Below are positions 11,990 to 24,415 of a stretch of DNA of 64,000 bases, piece after piece. The first letter of the stretch is position 1. Each line of letters starts with the position of its first letter. The position numbers and the translations under genes are program-made. The DNA is taken from positions 121,582,001-121,646,000 of the forward strand of contig NC_042997.1 of the NCBI RefSeq assembly GCF_006345805.1, in the 5' to 3' direction. Origin of the DNA: Octopus sinensis (taxonomy: Eukaryota). Below the pieces are notes generated by a model. It saw only the letters and a list, made by a program, of their open reading frames with translations. It had not been told where the DNA came from and did not search any database.

Positions 11990-13058
11990 GTATGTATATA
12001 TGTGTATGTGTGTATATATATGTGTGTGTGTATGTACATATATATGTGTGTGTATGTACATATATGTAAATGTGGATGTGTATATATATATATATAATAT
12101 ATATATATATATGTATATAGGTGTATGTATGGATAGATATGTGTTTGTTTATTTATGTATGTGTGTGTACATTTGTTTATATGTGTATGTATGTATACAT
12201 ATATATTTATGTGTATGTATATGTATGTATATATGTATGTTTGTGTATACGTGTGTTTGTGTGTATGTATATTTAGAGAGAGAGAGCGAGAGAACGAGAG
12301 AGAGTTGTAATATATACTTCTTGTTATATGTAGGGAAGTAAATATATAAACAAAATATATATAATAAAAACACTTCTATCAACAAACATTTTTATGAAGA
12401 GTTAAAATCTTACACCTCAGGGACACCACCACCACAGACACGCACCTAAAACAGAAAATTATTAAAAGAAAGAATTTGGAAAACATCGGCTCATTAGATT
12501 TCTGACCAAAGGTCAACTATTCAAATGGCTTCACAAAACACTCCTTTAACACCCCAACACTACCCTACTCCATCCCCAATCAAGTACCTTGTGTTGGCCA
12601 GTCACTACTATCAACAGTCTTTCACTCCCACACTGATTAACAAACCCCAACTCCACCCTAAACACAGCCAAATCTCATATATAGAATGACAAGCCTCAAA
12701 TCCTCAGATTTGTTTAACAACGAATGCGCGAAAGTTCTCCAAAAAAGTCAACAAGGATTTTTTTTTTAATCTTTGCACCCACGTTGACAAAGAACGTTCA
12801 AGATCTGTGAACGAAACTTTCTATTACTAAAAAATTGGAAGATGATAAATTAAACTGATTAGTACTAGCAGTGAGGTCATTCATTTTCTTTTAGCAAATA
12901 TACCTCAGGTACTAGTTAAGAAGAGTGGTCTCGGTGCGCGCACTCGCGTACTCGCGCATACGCGCTAGCTGGTCGTGACTAGTCGATCCTTACTTTGTGT
13001 TTTTGCGCTTTATTTACTTTGCTTAAAAATTTATTTATTTGTGTTTTTGTATTTTATA

Positions 13059-13096
13059 GGCGCTGGAGTGGCTGTGTGGTAAGTAGCTTGCTAACC
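13059..13096 (+). mobile_element. SINE A head, 5' part (A-box), cut by the LINE
   Basis: ggcgctggagtggctgtgtggtaagtagcttgctaacc; resumes at 18561. Confidence 0.9.
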
Positions 13097-13485
13097 TCAC
13101 TGACTGAAGAGTGACTTTGCTTACTGTACTACGGTTTGGACGCGTTTTCTTCCCGGTAAGAATTTTGCTGTGTTGTTAATTGTTGAATTTCTACTACTGA
13201 AAACTTGTCTTTAAACGTTGCTGAACTGTCTTGTTCTCCGGTTTTACCGGGGAATAATTGGATAATTTCTTACCGTTGAACTGTTAGCCATTGTGGCTTT
13301 TTATTTACGTGACTATACATAGTCCTGCCAGACTATTTTCGTGCCCCTCCCCCGAATGGGGGTGGGAATTGGAATTTTTGAACTGCTTTTTTGAACTACT
13401 TTGGAAGAAAAACTTTCTATAGGTTTCCCAGTTTTGTGGGAAACCAATATTCGTAATTTTTGTGTTGTTTAATTTCAACAGAATA

Positions 13486-14904
13486 ATGTCTGTTGAAATT
13501 ATTCACGAAAGTAGTGCTCTTGAGGAGAGCAATGTTAAAAAATTTTCTGCAGTAGCCGCAGTGGCCACTGAGAACATTGACATCGATGTCAATCAGCTCG
13601 TCGAGCTATTTAAAAGAATGCAAGAGGAGGGTGGTGATGTTAAAATATCACCCTCCGCCAGTATCGTGGAGACCGAGAAGCGGACCGTAGTGTTTAAAAC
13701 TTTCTGTCCACAAAGCAGAAGGTTCAAACACTTTGAAAAAAGCACCATCGAGAAATGCCTGTCCCCGATTTGGAAGGACATCGTGTACGTCGCCAGGGGA
13801 CGGGCATATGGCACTGTGGATGTCCGCTTCTCGGGGGAAGAAATGGCCCGCGGGCATTCTGTGAACCCCCTAAAAACCAAGGAGGTGGTACTTTTCCCAA
13901 GCTATAGGGGACGCAGGACGTCCCGGGTCAGGATTGTAGAAGCCCGCCGCCGGAAGTAGATCCGGTAGAGGTAGTGGCCGCCCTGTTATATAAAAGGGCG
14001 GACAAAATAAAAATACTAGAAGTAACATGCTCTACCCCTCTATTTTGGCTCGGGCGTAACATTAATATATTAATTCAAGGAACAGCGGAGGACCTGCAGC
14101 TCCTTCCTGAGAGGGTGCTCGTGGGCGAGAACGTAGCCCTCAGGGTACAGGTCGAAGGCCGAAAACCCACCTGTTACGCCTGCGGCAAAAAGGGCCACAT
14201 TCGTGTAGACTGTCCAGACAAGCAAAAGAAACCGCAGACACCAGGCCCCTCAGATAATAAAAAAGTCCCTACCCTTGCAAACACACCTACCCCTACAAAA
14301 ACAAAAAAATCCCACTCCTGCTGTTACGGTGCCAACCCCAAAACAGACTGAAGAAAAAATCCAGCCCTCGCACTCACAAATCCCTACACTATTAAAACCT
14401 CCCACCCCCCTAAAAACTGCGGCGCCTACCGAACAAACTATTACTACCCAGCCCTCGCACTCACAAACCCCTACACTATTAAAACCTCCCACCCCCCTAA
14501 AAACTGCGGCGCCTACCGAACAAACTATTGCTACCCCAGACGATACCATGGAGGTATCAGAGGGGGGATTTACACCAGTTCGTAAAAGAATTCGTGCAGC
14601 ATCCCCGTCCACATCCCCTACAAAAAATAATAAAAACAAAGACACACCACAGACACGGAAAAAAAAATCCCGCTCAACTAGCCCAGAAAAAGAAGACAAA
14701 AAAGAAAATGAACTCATATTAATTGAATTCGACACACAAGACAAATACATAAACGATATTGTGGTTCAGCATCAGTCAGCAAGACTGTACAACAAATACA
14801 AAGATCGAAATAGACACGCGTGGATTGCGGAAACAACGTTCAAACAATTAAAAGACAGACACCAAACGCCATCCGGCATATCGCGAACTTGCCGGACTAT
14901 CTGA
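13486..14904 (+). pseudogene. LINE ORF1 (gag-like), frameshifted
   Basis: Three successive frames; zinc knuckle CYACGKKGHIRVDC; Pro/Thr/Lys-rich C-terminal half. Frameshifts near 13945 and ~14300. Confidence 0.85.
14361..14535 (+). repeat. 87-bp tandem repeat (2 copies) in ORF1
   Basis: QPSHSQ(I/T)PTLLKPPTPLKTAAPTEQTI(T/A)T occurs twice, offset by 87 nt. Confidence 0.9.
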
Positions 14905-14995
14905 AGAAAGAGGAGAAAGAAGGGGCCCACAAACGTGTGGTGAGGTCGGCCCCCACCTCTCCAACGAAATGTAAGTAGAACTTTTACTTTTTGTA

Positions 14996-17900
14996 ATGGC
15001 TTCGCTTAACCTTGGTTGTTTAAATGTGCGTGGTCTGAGTTCGAAGTGGAAGCAGGCTTGTTTCCTCGACGACCTCAGATCACATGATATACATGTGATG
15101 GTTGCTACAGAGACCAAGCTGGACAGCCTACAAACCTTCTCGCCTCTCCTGAATGGCTACGAGAAAATCATGTCTCCTGGCCAGACCGGAGGGCGAGGGG
15201 GCGTAGTGGTACTGATCCGTAAAGACTTGGCTCTACAGACAAGTACAGTCTATGTAGACCCAGAAGGTGGGCTGGTCGTCCTTGATGTAACATACAGCAG
15301 TAAGGCCTTCAGGTTGATCGGACTCTATGCACCTTGTGCTAGAGGTTCCCAAACTGATTTTTATCGGCGCCTAGAGGGCTTTCTCGTGACGTCGAAGACT
15401 TTAGTGATATTAGGGGACTTTAATGCTATCGTTGACGTACACATCGATAGCGTTGGCTCGATCTATAGGAAAGTGAACTCACGTCTCGTGGATCTGCTTA
15501 AGCGGTTTCAGCTAGCAGATCGTTACAGACTTGACCATCCGAACGTCCCAGAGAGATAAGTCTAGTTTTAGTTGTCCACAGCTCGTCCAGGTGCCCTATA
15601 CTGACCATAGAATGGTCACGTGTAGACTGGACATAGATAGCACACTTAAGATAGGAACCGGCTACTGGAAGCTGAACAAGTCTATTTTGACACGCGAGGC
15701 ATACCGTAGCCGGATTAAGGTGTTAGTGCAGAGGGCGTTAACCGGAGCCGTGGTTAATGACCGGTGGTGGTTCACCCTCAAAAGAGCCATTCGATTCGAG
15801 TCCATTAGATTTAGTAAACAACTAAGACTAGATAGGGCTAGAATAGAAGGGCAACTAGTTAAGAACTTAGAAGAGGCGTTGAGGTTGGGCTCTGCATCTC
15901 ACATTTTAGCGGCGAGAACGGCATTAGACCGTCACCTCAAAACCAAACATGAGGGATGTAGAGTCCGGGCTAAAGTACGAGCATTGGGCCGTGAGGGAAT
16001 TAATGTTGCCGGATGGGCCCGTACGATAGAAACACAGCGTGGAAACGATGCCACAATTGGGTCTCTTGTTGATGAAAACGGATGCACGATCAAGAAGCGG
16101 GACGAGATGTGTGAGGCACTTCACAAGCACTTCGCCGAGTTGTTCGGGAGGTGCGGGACGCTGGATCATGGTGAGGCCCTTAGGGACTTCCTGTCTGGTG
16201 GCCCGCGCCTCTCGACACGAGAGACTGAGTGCTGTGAAGGGCCAATCACAGCCGAGGAAGTAATCGAGGTGTTGGGCAAGTGCCCCGGGGAGAAGTCGCC
16301 GGGTCTCGATGGTCTGCCCTATGAATTTTATAGAAGTATGCCAGACTTGTTCGGGCACCTGCTGGCTAGCGTCTACGCCAACTGGCAGCAGAATGGGAGA
16401 ATTCCCAAGTCTGCGAGCCGGGGGGCGGTGACGTTGATCAGGAAGGACCCGAACAATGGGGAGGAGATAGGGAACTTCAGGCCCATAACTCTGTTAAACA
16501 CAGAGTTAAAGATTCTGGCCAAGGTGCTAGCAAAAAGGTTGGCGCGGGTCGTGGACAAACTTGTCGGGGAAGCGCAAACGTGCGCTATCCCCGGCAGAAC
16601 GATCCACGACAATCTCCACCTTATACGCTACTCCTTAGAGAGGGTGGGGAAGCTTTCTGGCGCAGGGGGAGCACTGGTACATTTAGACCAGTCTAAAGCA
16701 TTTTATAGGGTCGACCATCGGTACCTGGCGGCGGTCCTCGGAGAGGCTGGCCTAGGCCCGACCTATCGAGGTTGGATCGCTGCTTTGTATAGCGACATCG
16801 AGTCTGTAGTCAAGGTGAACGGTTCCTTTTCGAAGCCGTTCAGGATCGAGCGTTCAGTTCGTCAAGGGTGTCCCCTGTCCTCGCTCCTATACGTATTGGC
16901 TCTTGAGCCTTTGCTGCGGAAGTTGGAGGCACTAGGGGGCGCGCCGCATGATCTATGGTGTGGAAGAGGAGCTACGGCGTATGCTGATGACACCTCCATC
17001 ATCGTGGCAGACGAAGGCCAGCTTCCAGTGGTGGAAGAGGCCATCAAAAGCTACGAGGCGGTGGCAGGAGCAAAGGTTAACAAGGACAAGTCGGTCGGTT
17101 TGCAACTCGGCACCTGGAGGGGCAAGCCGATGCCGTCCAATAACGTCGTAGGGCGTTGGACGGAAGGTCCTGTTAAGCTGCTCGGAGTCTGGTTCGGGCC
17201 AGACCTCCAGATTGAGAAAAATTGGAGTGAGGTGGCCAACAAGGTGACCGCTCTAACTCAGACCTGGTCTGGGCGGGTGTTATCCCTGCTAGGGAAGGCG
17301 GAGTTGGTGCAGATGTTTATAGCATCAGTAATCACCTACCGTCTGACCGTGGTGCCTTGCCCCGATTTGTGGCTGAACAAGTTGGAGAGAATCCTTTTCC
17401 GATTTTTGTGGAAAGGAGGAAAGCCACTTGTAAAGCGCTCTGTCTGCTGCCAGAAACCGCTAAAGGGTGAGCTAGGGATGCCTTGGCTGAGGATGCGAAA
17501 ACTCGCGTTAAGGTTGAGGCACCTCTGGCTTTACCTGGATGGAGAGCAGGTGTGGTCGCCGCACGTCCGGTTCTACCTTCCCCAGTTAACATCCCTAACG
17601 GACATCGGTGCATGGATCAAGCGGAGACCTAAACTGAGTGAATGGCATTTGGAGTGCCGTCAGGCGCTCCAGCTACTATCTCGGGTGGGCAACGCCGGCA
17701 ACAGGAGTTCCACCACGGATTTCTATAGCGGGTTAGTGGAGATTAAGTCCGAAGACGCCTTGGGGGAGACCCTGGGCTACGATGAAAATCAGTTGGTCAA
17801 CCTGTTCTGGAGGACGTTCGGGCTGGGGTATCTGGATAATTACCAGAAATCCCTGGCCTGGCAGTGTTTCCGTGCGGCTTTACCTGTTCGCGACAAGCTG

Positions 17901-18332
17901 TCAAGGCACGGTAGTACCGTCTCGCCGACATGTCCGCGATGTGAGCAGGATAGGGAGACCGTCTTGCACGCATTCGTGGAGTGTCCGGAGTTATCGGGAC
18001 TGATAGCTTTTGTTGAACAACTGTTGTCAGTGATGGGAAGAGTACAGCTATCAGCTGAGTCTATCATCGAGATTGTGCCGCCCCCTTTCCTTAACAGGGA
18101 AAGAAAGGCTTGTTTTTTCTGTGTAGTAGCCATACTGAAAGAAACAGTATGGAAGACGCGTACGAAAGATATAGTGACAGGCACCTTTGTCTCCGGCCAG
18201 GGGTTGATTAACTTTTTTAGTTACCACCTCAGTAGCAAAATCAGGCTGGAGAAGAGGTGTCTGTCACGAGATATGTTTGTGAAAAGATGGAAGCCTGTGG
18301 CATACAAGATGGGTATGTTTGGCACCAGGTAA
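14996..18332 (+). pseudogene. LINE ORF2 (APE endonuclease - RT - CCHC), disrupted near 15550
   Basis: LNVRGL, LGDFN, TDHRMV; SPGLDG, FRPITLLN, QSKAF(Y)RVDH, RQGCPLS, YADD, LLGVWF; CPRC..ETVLHAFVEC. The frame changes between the 187 aa and 933 aa ORFs. Confidence 0.92.
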
Positions 18333-18560
18333 GTGTGACCGGATCAGAAAGTAAAGGTTCTACCCGGATGGCCGGATGTCCGTCCTTCGACATGATCATT
18401 AATATTTTTAAACATTGCCTTCATAAAATTCATTGTTTATAATCTTATCCGTAATTTCATTCGAAAATTGTAACTGTGTTAAGCTACTTCACCCTTTATA
18501 TTTGTCTGTCCTTGTTTGTCCCCTCTTTGTAAATGCCTAAATGGCAAATTATATGAAATA

Positions 18561-18722
18561 AAGTAGCTTGCTAACCAACCACATGGTTCCGGGTTCAGTC
18601 CCACTGCGTGGCATCTTGGGCAAGTGTCTTCTACTATAGCCCCGGGCCGACCAATGCCTTGTGAGTGGATTTGGTAGACGGAAACTGAAAGAAGCGTGTC
18701 GTATATATGTATATATGTATGT

Positions 18723-18783
<61 letters not shown>

Positions 18784-18795
18784 AATATATATTAT

Positions 18796-18828
<33 letters not shown>

Positions 18829-18837
18829 AAAATATAT

Positions 18838-18875
<38 letters not shown>

Positions 18876-18882
18876 GTATATG

Positions 18883-18913
<31 letters not shown>

Positions 18914-19133
18914 TTGTGTGTCTGTGTTTGTCCCCCTAGCATTGCTTGACAACCGATGGTGGTGTGTTTATGTCCCCGTTACTTAGCGGTTCGGCAAAAG
19001 AGACCGATAGAATAAGTACTGAGCTTACAAAGAATAAGTCCCGGGGTCGATTTGCTCGACTAAAGGCGGTGCTCCAGCATGGCCACAGTGAAATGACTGA
19101 AACAAGTAAAAGAGTAAAAAAGAGTAAAAGAGT
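18561..19133 (+). mobile_element. SINE A, remainder after the LINE insertion
   Basis: Resumes with the TSD, then the B-box gggttcagtcc, core, microsatellite and tail. Confidence 0.9.
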
Positions 19134-19341
19134 TTGTGTAAAAAATGATTTATTTTGTGTTTTATTTACTTTGCTAGGTAGTCGTTGTAGGATCGACTAG
19201 TCATGTCTAGCTAGCGCGGATGCACGAGTACGCGAGTGCACACACCGGGATCAGTCTTCTTAAATAGTACCTTGACCTAACTGTGCCAAGGGTCTCATAC
19301 ATTTTCCAATACACACAAACACACAAACACACACACACACA

Positions 19342-19395
<54 letters not shown>

Positions 19396-19509
19396 ACATT
19401 ATATATATATATATACATAGGGAAATGTGTTGTTGAAATTTAGGTGCATTTTCAACCACACATTTCCCTATATATTTTCCTGCGTGGAAACATCCCCACT
19501 CTTTCATTT

Positions 19510-19548
<39 letters not shown>

Positions 19549-19820
19549 ATACATTTATATGCATATTTATACCGAATTAGTGTTAGAGGGTGAGAGAGAA
19601 GAAGAGGGATTTAGAAAGACAGCAAGACAAACAGACAGACGAATAGGGAATAATAGAGAAGCAAATATAATGCGTGGGCAACAGAACATTCTGAATCAAA
19701 ACGTTGTGTAATTTAATTAAATAAACAACAAATATACATTTCGACTTTGGTTAGGGATAAAAGCAAACAGAGCAATACACCCCCCCACCCACACGTATGT
19801 ATGTATATATATTATATATA

Positions 19821-19859
<39 letters not shown>

Positions 19860-20719
19860 GTATATGTATATGTATATATATATATATGTGTGTGTATATA
19901 TATATAAATATATAGCATGTGTATGTGATAGTATATATACATACAGGCATACATATATATATATATGTATGCATGTATGTATATATATATACTCTCACAT
20001 ACATATGCTAACAAGATCTTTTCTTTAATTGTAAACATCTTTGTAGATGTTGAATTGAGGAGAGTGTTTGTAGGTGCGTGTTGACGTAAATATTAAAACG
20101 AGTTCCCCCGAGGAGACGTAAAACGTGAAGAGGAACAAGGATTTAAAACTATTATTATCTCAATCATCTTCTATCATTCGAATAACAAGAAGTCAAACAA
20201 TTATTTTGAAGCCTCAATGCGTAGAAAAAATGGTTTTGAGAAACAGAGAAATTGAAAAGACCGGGCGATCACAACTTTGCGATCTTTATCAATTATTGAC
20301 ATTGATATATTGTGGAAACAACACTACGCGATAATAATCCATAATTTACAAAAGCAAACGATAGGAGAATAAACGAGAAATATTCCCCGCTGATGAAATG
20401 TAATAATACGAAGCAAGATTCAGAAACAAATAAGTCAAACAAATGAAAATGTTATATTATTAATGATTCTAGAAATCATTATTACGATAATATTTACGAA
20501 CAAACGGCGTATTTATGGGATATATGTTATCGATTATATCGACTGCAGTACTCGACTGGTATATAATTTATCGAGCCTGGAGTGATGAGCGGTGAAACTG
20601 ATGGCGGCAGGATTAGATTTTAGAACGTAATGATTCAAAGATAACGAAATATGGCTATATATATAACGCAAGGAACATCTGGTTCTGCTAACACACAGTT
20701 CATTTATCCTTTATACTTA

Positions 20720-21113
20720 ACTAGCAATATCGCCCGGCGTTGCTCGGGTTTGTTTCGATCCTTTAGGATTGGAATTTTTGAAAAGTGAAAATTTTGCATT
20801 ATGTAGCTTGTTATTATCTTTAAGTGAACATTTTTCTGGTTGAAATACACCGAAAAATGGCGACCCAGCAGTCAAAACATCGTAAAAAATAGGGATTTTC
20901 ATAGAAAAATAGCACCTTTTTGATGTAAATCCTTTTTGGTCTTAACATGGTCCGATTTGAATTCTGTCTCCTACGGAATGAAGAGCAAGCCTTCTTCTAT
21001 TATACTCTCAATTTTGGTCAACCTTCGCTGCAGGGTCTCGGAGGAGATAGTGTTAGTTGCAGGCTACCAAACCTGCCACACACAGACAACTTCAGCTTTA
21101 TATATATATAGAT
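20720..21113 (+). mobile_element. Helentron/DINE-1-like element, second subfamily
   Basis: actagcaatatcgcccggcgttgctcgggttt ... tttatatatatatagat; interior differs from 11591-11989. Confidence 0.7.
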
Positions 21114-22219
21114 AAACTGTCTGTCTCAAGACCACAGTTTCATTAGACCGGAGCTTATGCACGTATCTATGACGTTTAAATGTATGTGATAAAGGAGATG
21201 GACGCCAGTCCATCGAACTGTTATCTTCCAGGAACTGCTTTGTACTCATTTTCAACTGAGTGTAATATCAGAACGAATTGTTGAGCCTCGATCAAATATA
21301 CTTCGCTCCGGTCGGTCTGGGAATCGAAGCTATAAACTTAGTCATGAGCCCAACACCCTACCAATTATGTCATGCGCTTTCGCAAGGAGTATGTTTTTAA
21401 AGATTTACATTTTCAGGAGATTACTGGTACTTTAGGTATCACCGCAAAAACATATTTTTGTATATCAACTGTAGAGGATTTGAATAATATCCTTGATAAA
21501 ACCTGACATTTTTTACTACACTGCGCTTCATCGATCTGTTGATATTTGGGCGAGCTTCGATTTCATATGAAAAATACAATTATTATCTAGATTTGTATAT
21601 TAACAGACGAATCCAATTGAAAAACGAGAAAATGAAAAACATCAATCTATGAAGAACTTGCCACCCAAACTTCAATAAACTGGAGTGGAATGACTATGTA
21701 TAGTTATGTAATAGTCTGTGAATTAAATGAAATATAAACAAAAGAATCCATGAAAAGAGAGATTTATTAAAAAGCAATAGTTATTTTGAAACAAATAAAA
21801 ACAGAGCAACATCACAATCATAAACCTTGTCATTATTTTAATGTACCGAATATAAACTATCTCTCATAATGATTTGTTTCTCTCATTTGTTCATTTCGTT
21901 CGTCCTATCAACTTTGTTTTATTTCTAACGTTTTCCATTCGTTTTTCCGATTACTGCCTTCATGTCAAGAGCCCTTCAAAATGTAATACGTGTATACACT
22001 ACTCTCGATGTGAGCTTCCTATCATAAATGCAATTGTTAAGTATTGATAATCTGGTAGGATATAAGCGGTTAGGAGACACAAATATAGATTATTCGACCA
22101 CTTCATAAAGTATACATAACATGAGCCAAATATAGAGCGTTTGCAGGGTCGCTCGTACTGCTAGACATATTAGTCAAATCTCATTTATCGCATAACCTTT
22201 CGTTGCAAAAATGGAAAGA

Positions 22220-22345
22220 CAAGTAATAGAAGAAAAAGAAGAAGGAGGAGGCTGAAGAAGAAGAAGACGAAGAAGAAGAAGAAGAAGAAGAAGAAGAAGA
22301 AGGAGAAGGAGAAAAGAAGAAGAAGTACAACAACAACAACAGCTA
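22220..22345. repeat. (GAA)n/(CAA)n microsatellite
   Basis: Read directly from the sequence. Confidence 0.9.
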
Positions 22346-22732
22346 GGACAGTTCCTTCCAATTTTGTTACTATTCCAACAACCTTAAGGGAACAGGTTTA
22401 GTCTATTTATTGACACTAGTAATTGACTGATACTTACTTTATCGACCCTGAAAAGATGAAAGGCAAATTTAACCTCAGCAGTATGCGAGCCCAGAACCTA
22501 ATGAACCAGAAGCTAATAATTGTAAGACCATGGCTGTAATGCACCTGACTATAAGACAACTTGATTTCTGCTGACATTAGACTAAATAAATTCAACATAT
22601 CTAATAAGATGGACTTGCTAGTAATAGCAACCAAATTGCTGTTTTCATCTTTGGATGTATCTTACACAAAATATTGCTCTGCACACTTCTACTACTTCAG
22701 CCACTGACATCCTAGAACAAAAAACAAACAAA

Positions 22733-22776
<44 letters not shown>

Positions 22777-23019
22777 CAACTCACTGACTAGCAGAAAGTT
22801 ATCGTTACACTCCAGTGCGCGAGGCTGGGCTGAAAAATTCACTGGGTGGCTATGAAGGAGTGACGCTAGTGCTGTGAAATCTTGCGTGTATTAATTTCAA
22901 CTTCTTTCAACGAATAACTGCATTATTTCTTTCCAGGTAAACTAACACCTGACTCTTCAAAGGAAGCGTCAAATGTAACTAGTAATGGCTTCTCTTTAAA
23001 ATGGACAAAATTTGGCATC

Positions 23020-23742
23020 GTGGTGTTATCAAATACCCGCAGATACACACACACACACTTTATCGTGGCGGCGCTTGTACTCTTTTTATGCAAGGCTCTC
23101 ACATCCACTTCCCAAGCTGGTCTCATTTTCCGTACTCTTTTCACGGAGTCTGCATTTCTGGGTATCAAAATTTTATAGATGTTATAATTCACTGACTTGG
23201 TAGCGAGAGACTGGTCTTGTGCAGCTTTCGGTAGTACACTTTAAATCACCTCGCTCAAGCCATGCCGACGATGTTATATTATCCTTAACGTCCTAAATAT
23301 TCCTTTCAAACTGTCTATGAATTCTCATTTGAAGAAGGTATTTTCTCTTCTTCTCAGCTCTTTGCTTAAACTCTTCCTTGCCCATCATTACTTCTACATT
23401 TACACCCATATCTTTCGCGGTATATTGCAGCAGGTCTTCATCACTATTTCTTAAATACTCAGCAAGCGTTCTCCTTTCACTCCTTATACAATGGTCTATA
23501 CTAATTAGTCCTCTGCCACCATACTTTCTTTACATATACAGTCTCTTTACGTTTGCTTTAGGGTGTAGCGCTCCATGCAGCGTCATCAACTTTCCTGTCC
23601 TTTTATCCATTGTTGATATTTCATCCTGAGTCCATTTGAGGATGGACGCACTATATCTGACTACCGCAACTGCTCAGATATTCATTGCAGTAATAACATT
23701 TTTGGCATTCAGGCTGGATTTCAACAGCGTCTTCACCCTAGG
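23020..23742 (-). pseudogene. R4/Dong-like LINE fragment (RT thumb, CCHC, start of RLE)
   Basis: LLKSSLNAKN..RYSASILKWT..HGALHPKANVKRLY..GGRGL..AQDQSLAT..KEYKRRHDK; abuts (TTA)n. Confidence 0.8.
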
Positions 23743-23744
23743 TA

Positions 23745-23781
<37 letters not shown>

Positions 23782-23783
23782 CA

Positions 23784-24344
23784 TTGAGTGAGAGAGCAGT
23801 GCATGCTATCAAAGTGACAGTGGGGTAAAATATACGAAGCCCAGTATACCCATCATGACTACCCGTCTGATAAGGGTACACTAGACACATGCATCACAAC
23901 CATATGTGCCCGACATGGTGATTTCATATCAAAATAAACAGCGCATGACCTTGCTTGCTGGTGGGACCCAGTTAGAATTTTCTTCTGGTCGAGTAGCCCA
24001 TCCCGCTCAAAAGGTCCCTGAATAAGGATTGTTTAAGGATGTTGAACGAACCACCCATGTTTCCAAAGGTGAATTATCTAAACCTCCAAGAATTCCTTTC
24101 AACACACGGCTATGATGCTCTCCCACTACTTCTGCTTGTGATCAGAGATGCACATATCCTCAGCCACTAAAGGACATACTCAACTGGTTAAGGTCAAACA
24201 ACTGACAAGCAAATCTGTGGTATTGAGCAGAATATTTGCTGTAGCCCGTCTTTTATACCAAGACAAAACAATGTGCATGATAACACTTTCAATCAATTGA
24301 GATCAGAAGCCACGAGAGCCACTGCCTGGTACTGCATCAGGACA
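23784..24344 (-). mobile_element. ~560-bp non-coding element in (TAA)n, copy 1
   Basis: Reverse complement of 40560-41108; (TTA)n on both sides. Confidence 0.8.
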
Positions 24345-24354
24345 TTTATTATTA

Positions 24355-24415
<61 letters not shown>

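Larger units (their letters stand above)
13097..18560 (+). mobile_element. Full-length Tx1/L1-clade non-LTR retrotransposon (5464 bp)
   Basis: 5' UTR, ORF1 with CCHC knuckle, ORF2 with APE+RT+CCHC, 3' UTR; exact 16-bp TSD aagtagcttgctaacc at 13081-13096 and 18561-18576. Confidence 0.95.
12907..19272. mobile_element. MITE-like element with ~85 bp inverted arms, hosting SINE A and the LINE
   Basis: 12907-12990 aggtactagttaagaagag...gactagtcgatcct is the reverse complement of ~19188-19272. Confidence 0.75.

Noticed and set aside
12370-12870. Possible LINE coding remnant upstream of the MITE
   Set aside because: No recognisable motif in any frame by eye; left unannotated.
13097-13130. Ribozyme at the LINE 5' end (tcact-gaCTGAAGA-gtga)
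   Set aside because: It has a CTGAAGA and a small hairpin, but no stem II-GAAA partner could be found.
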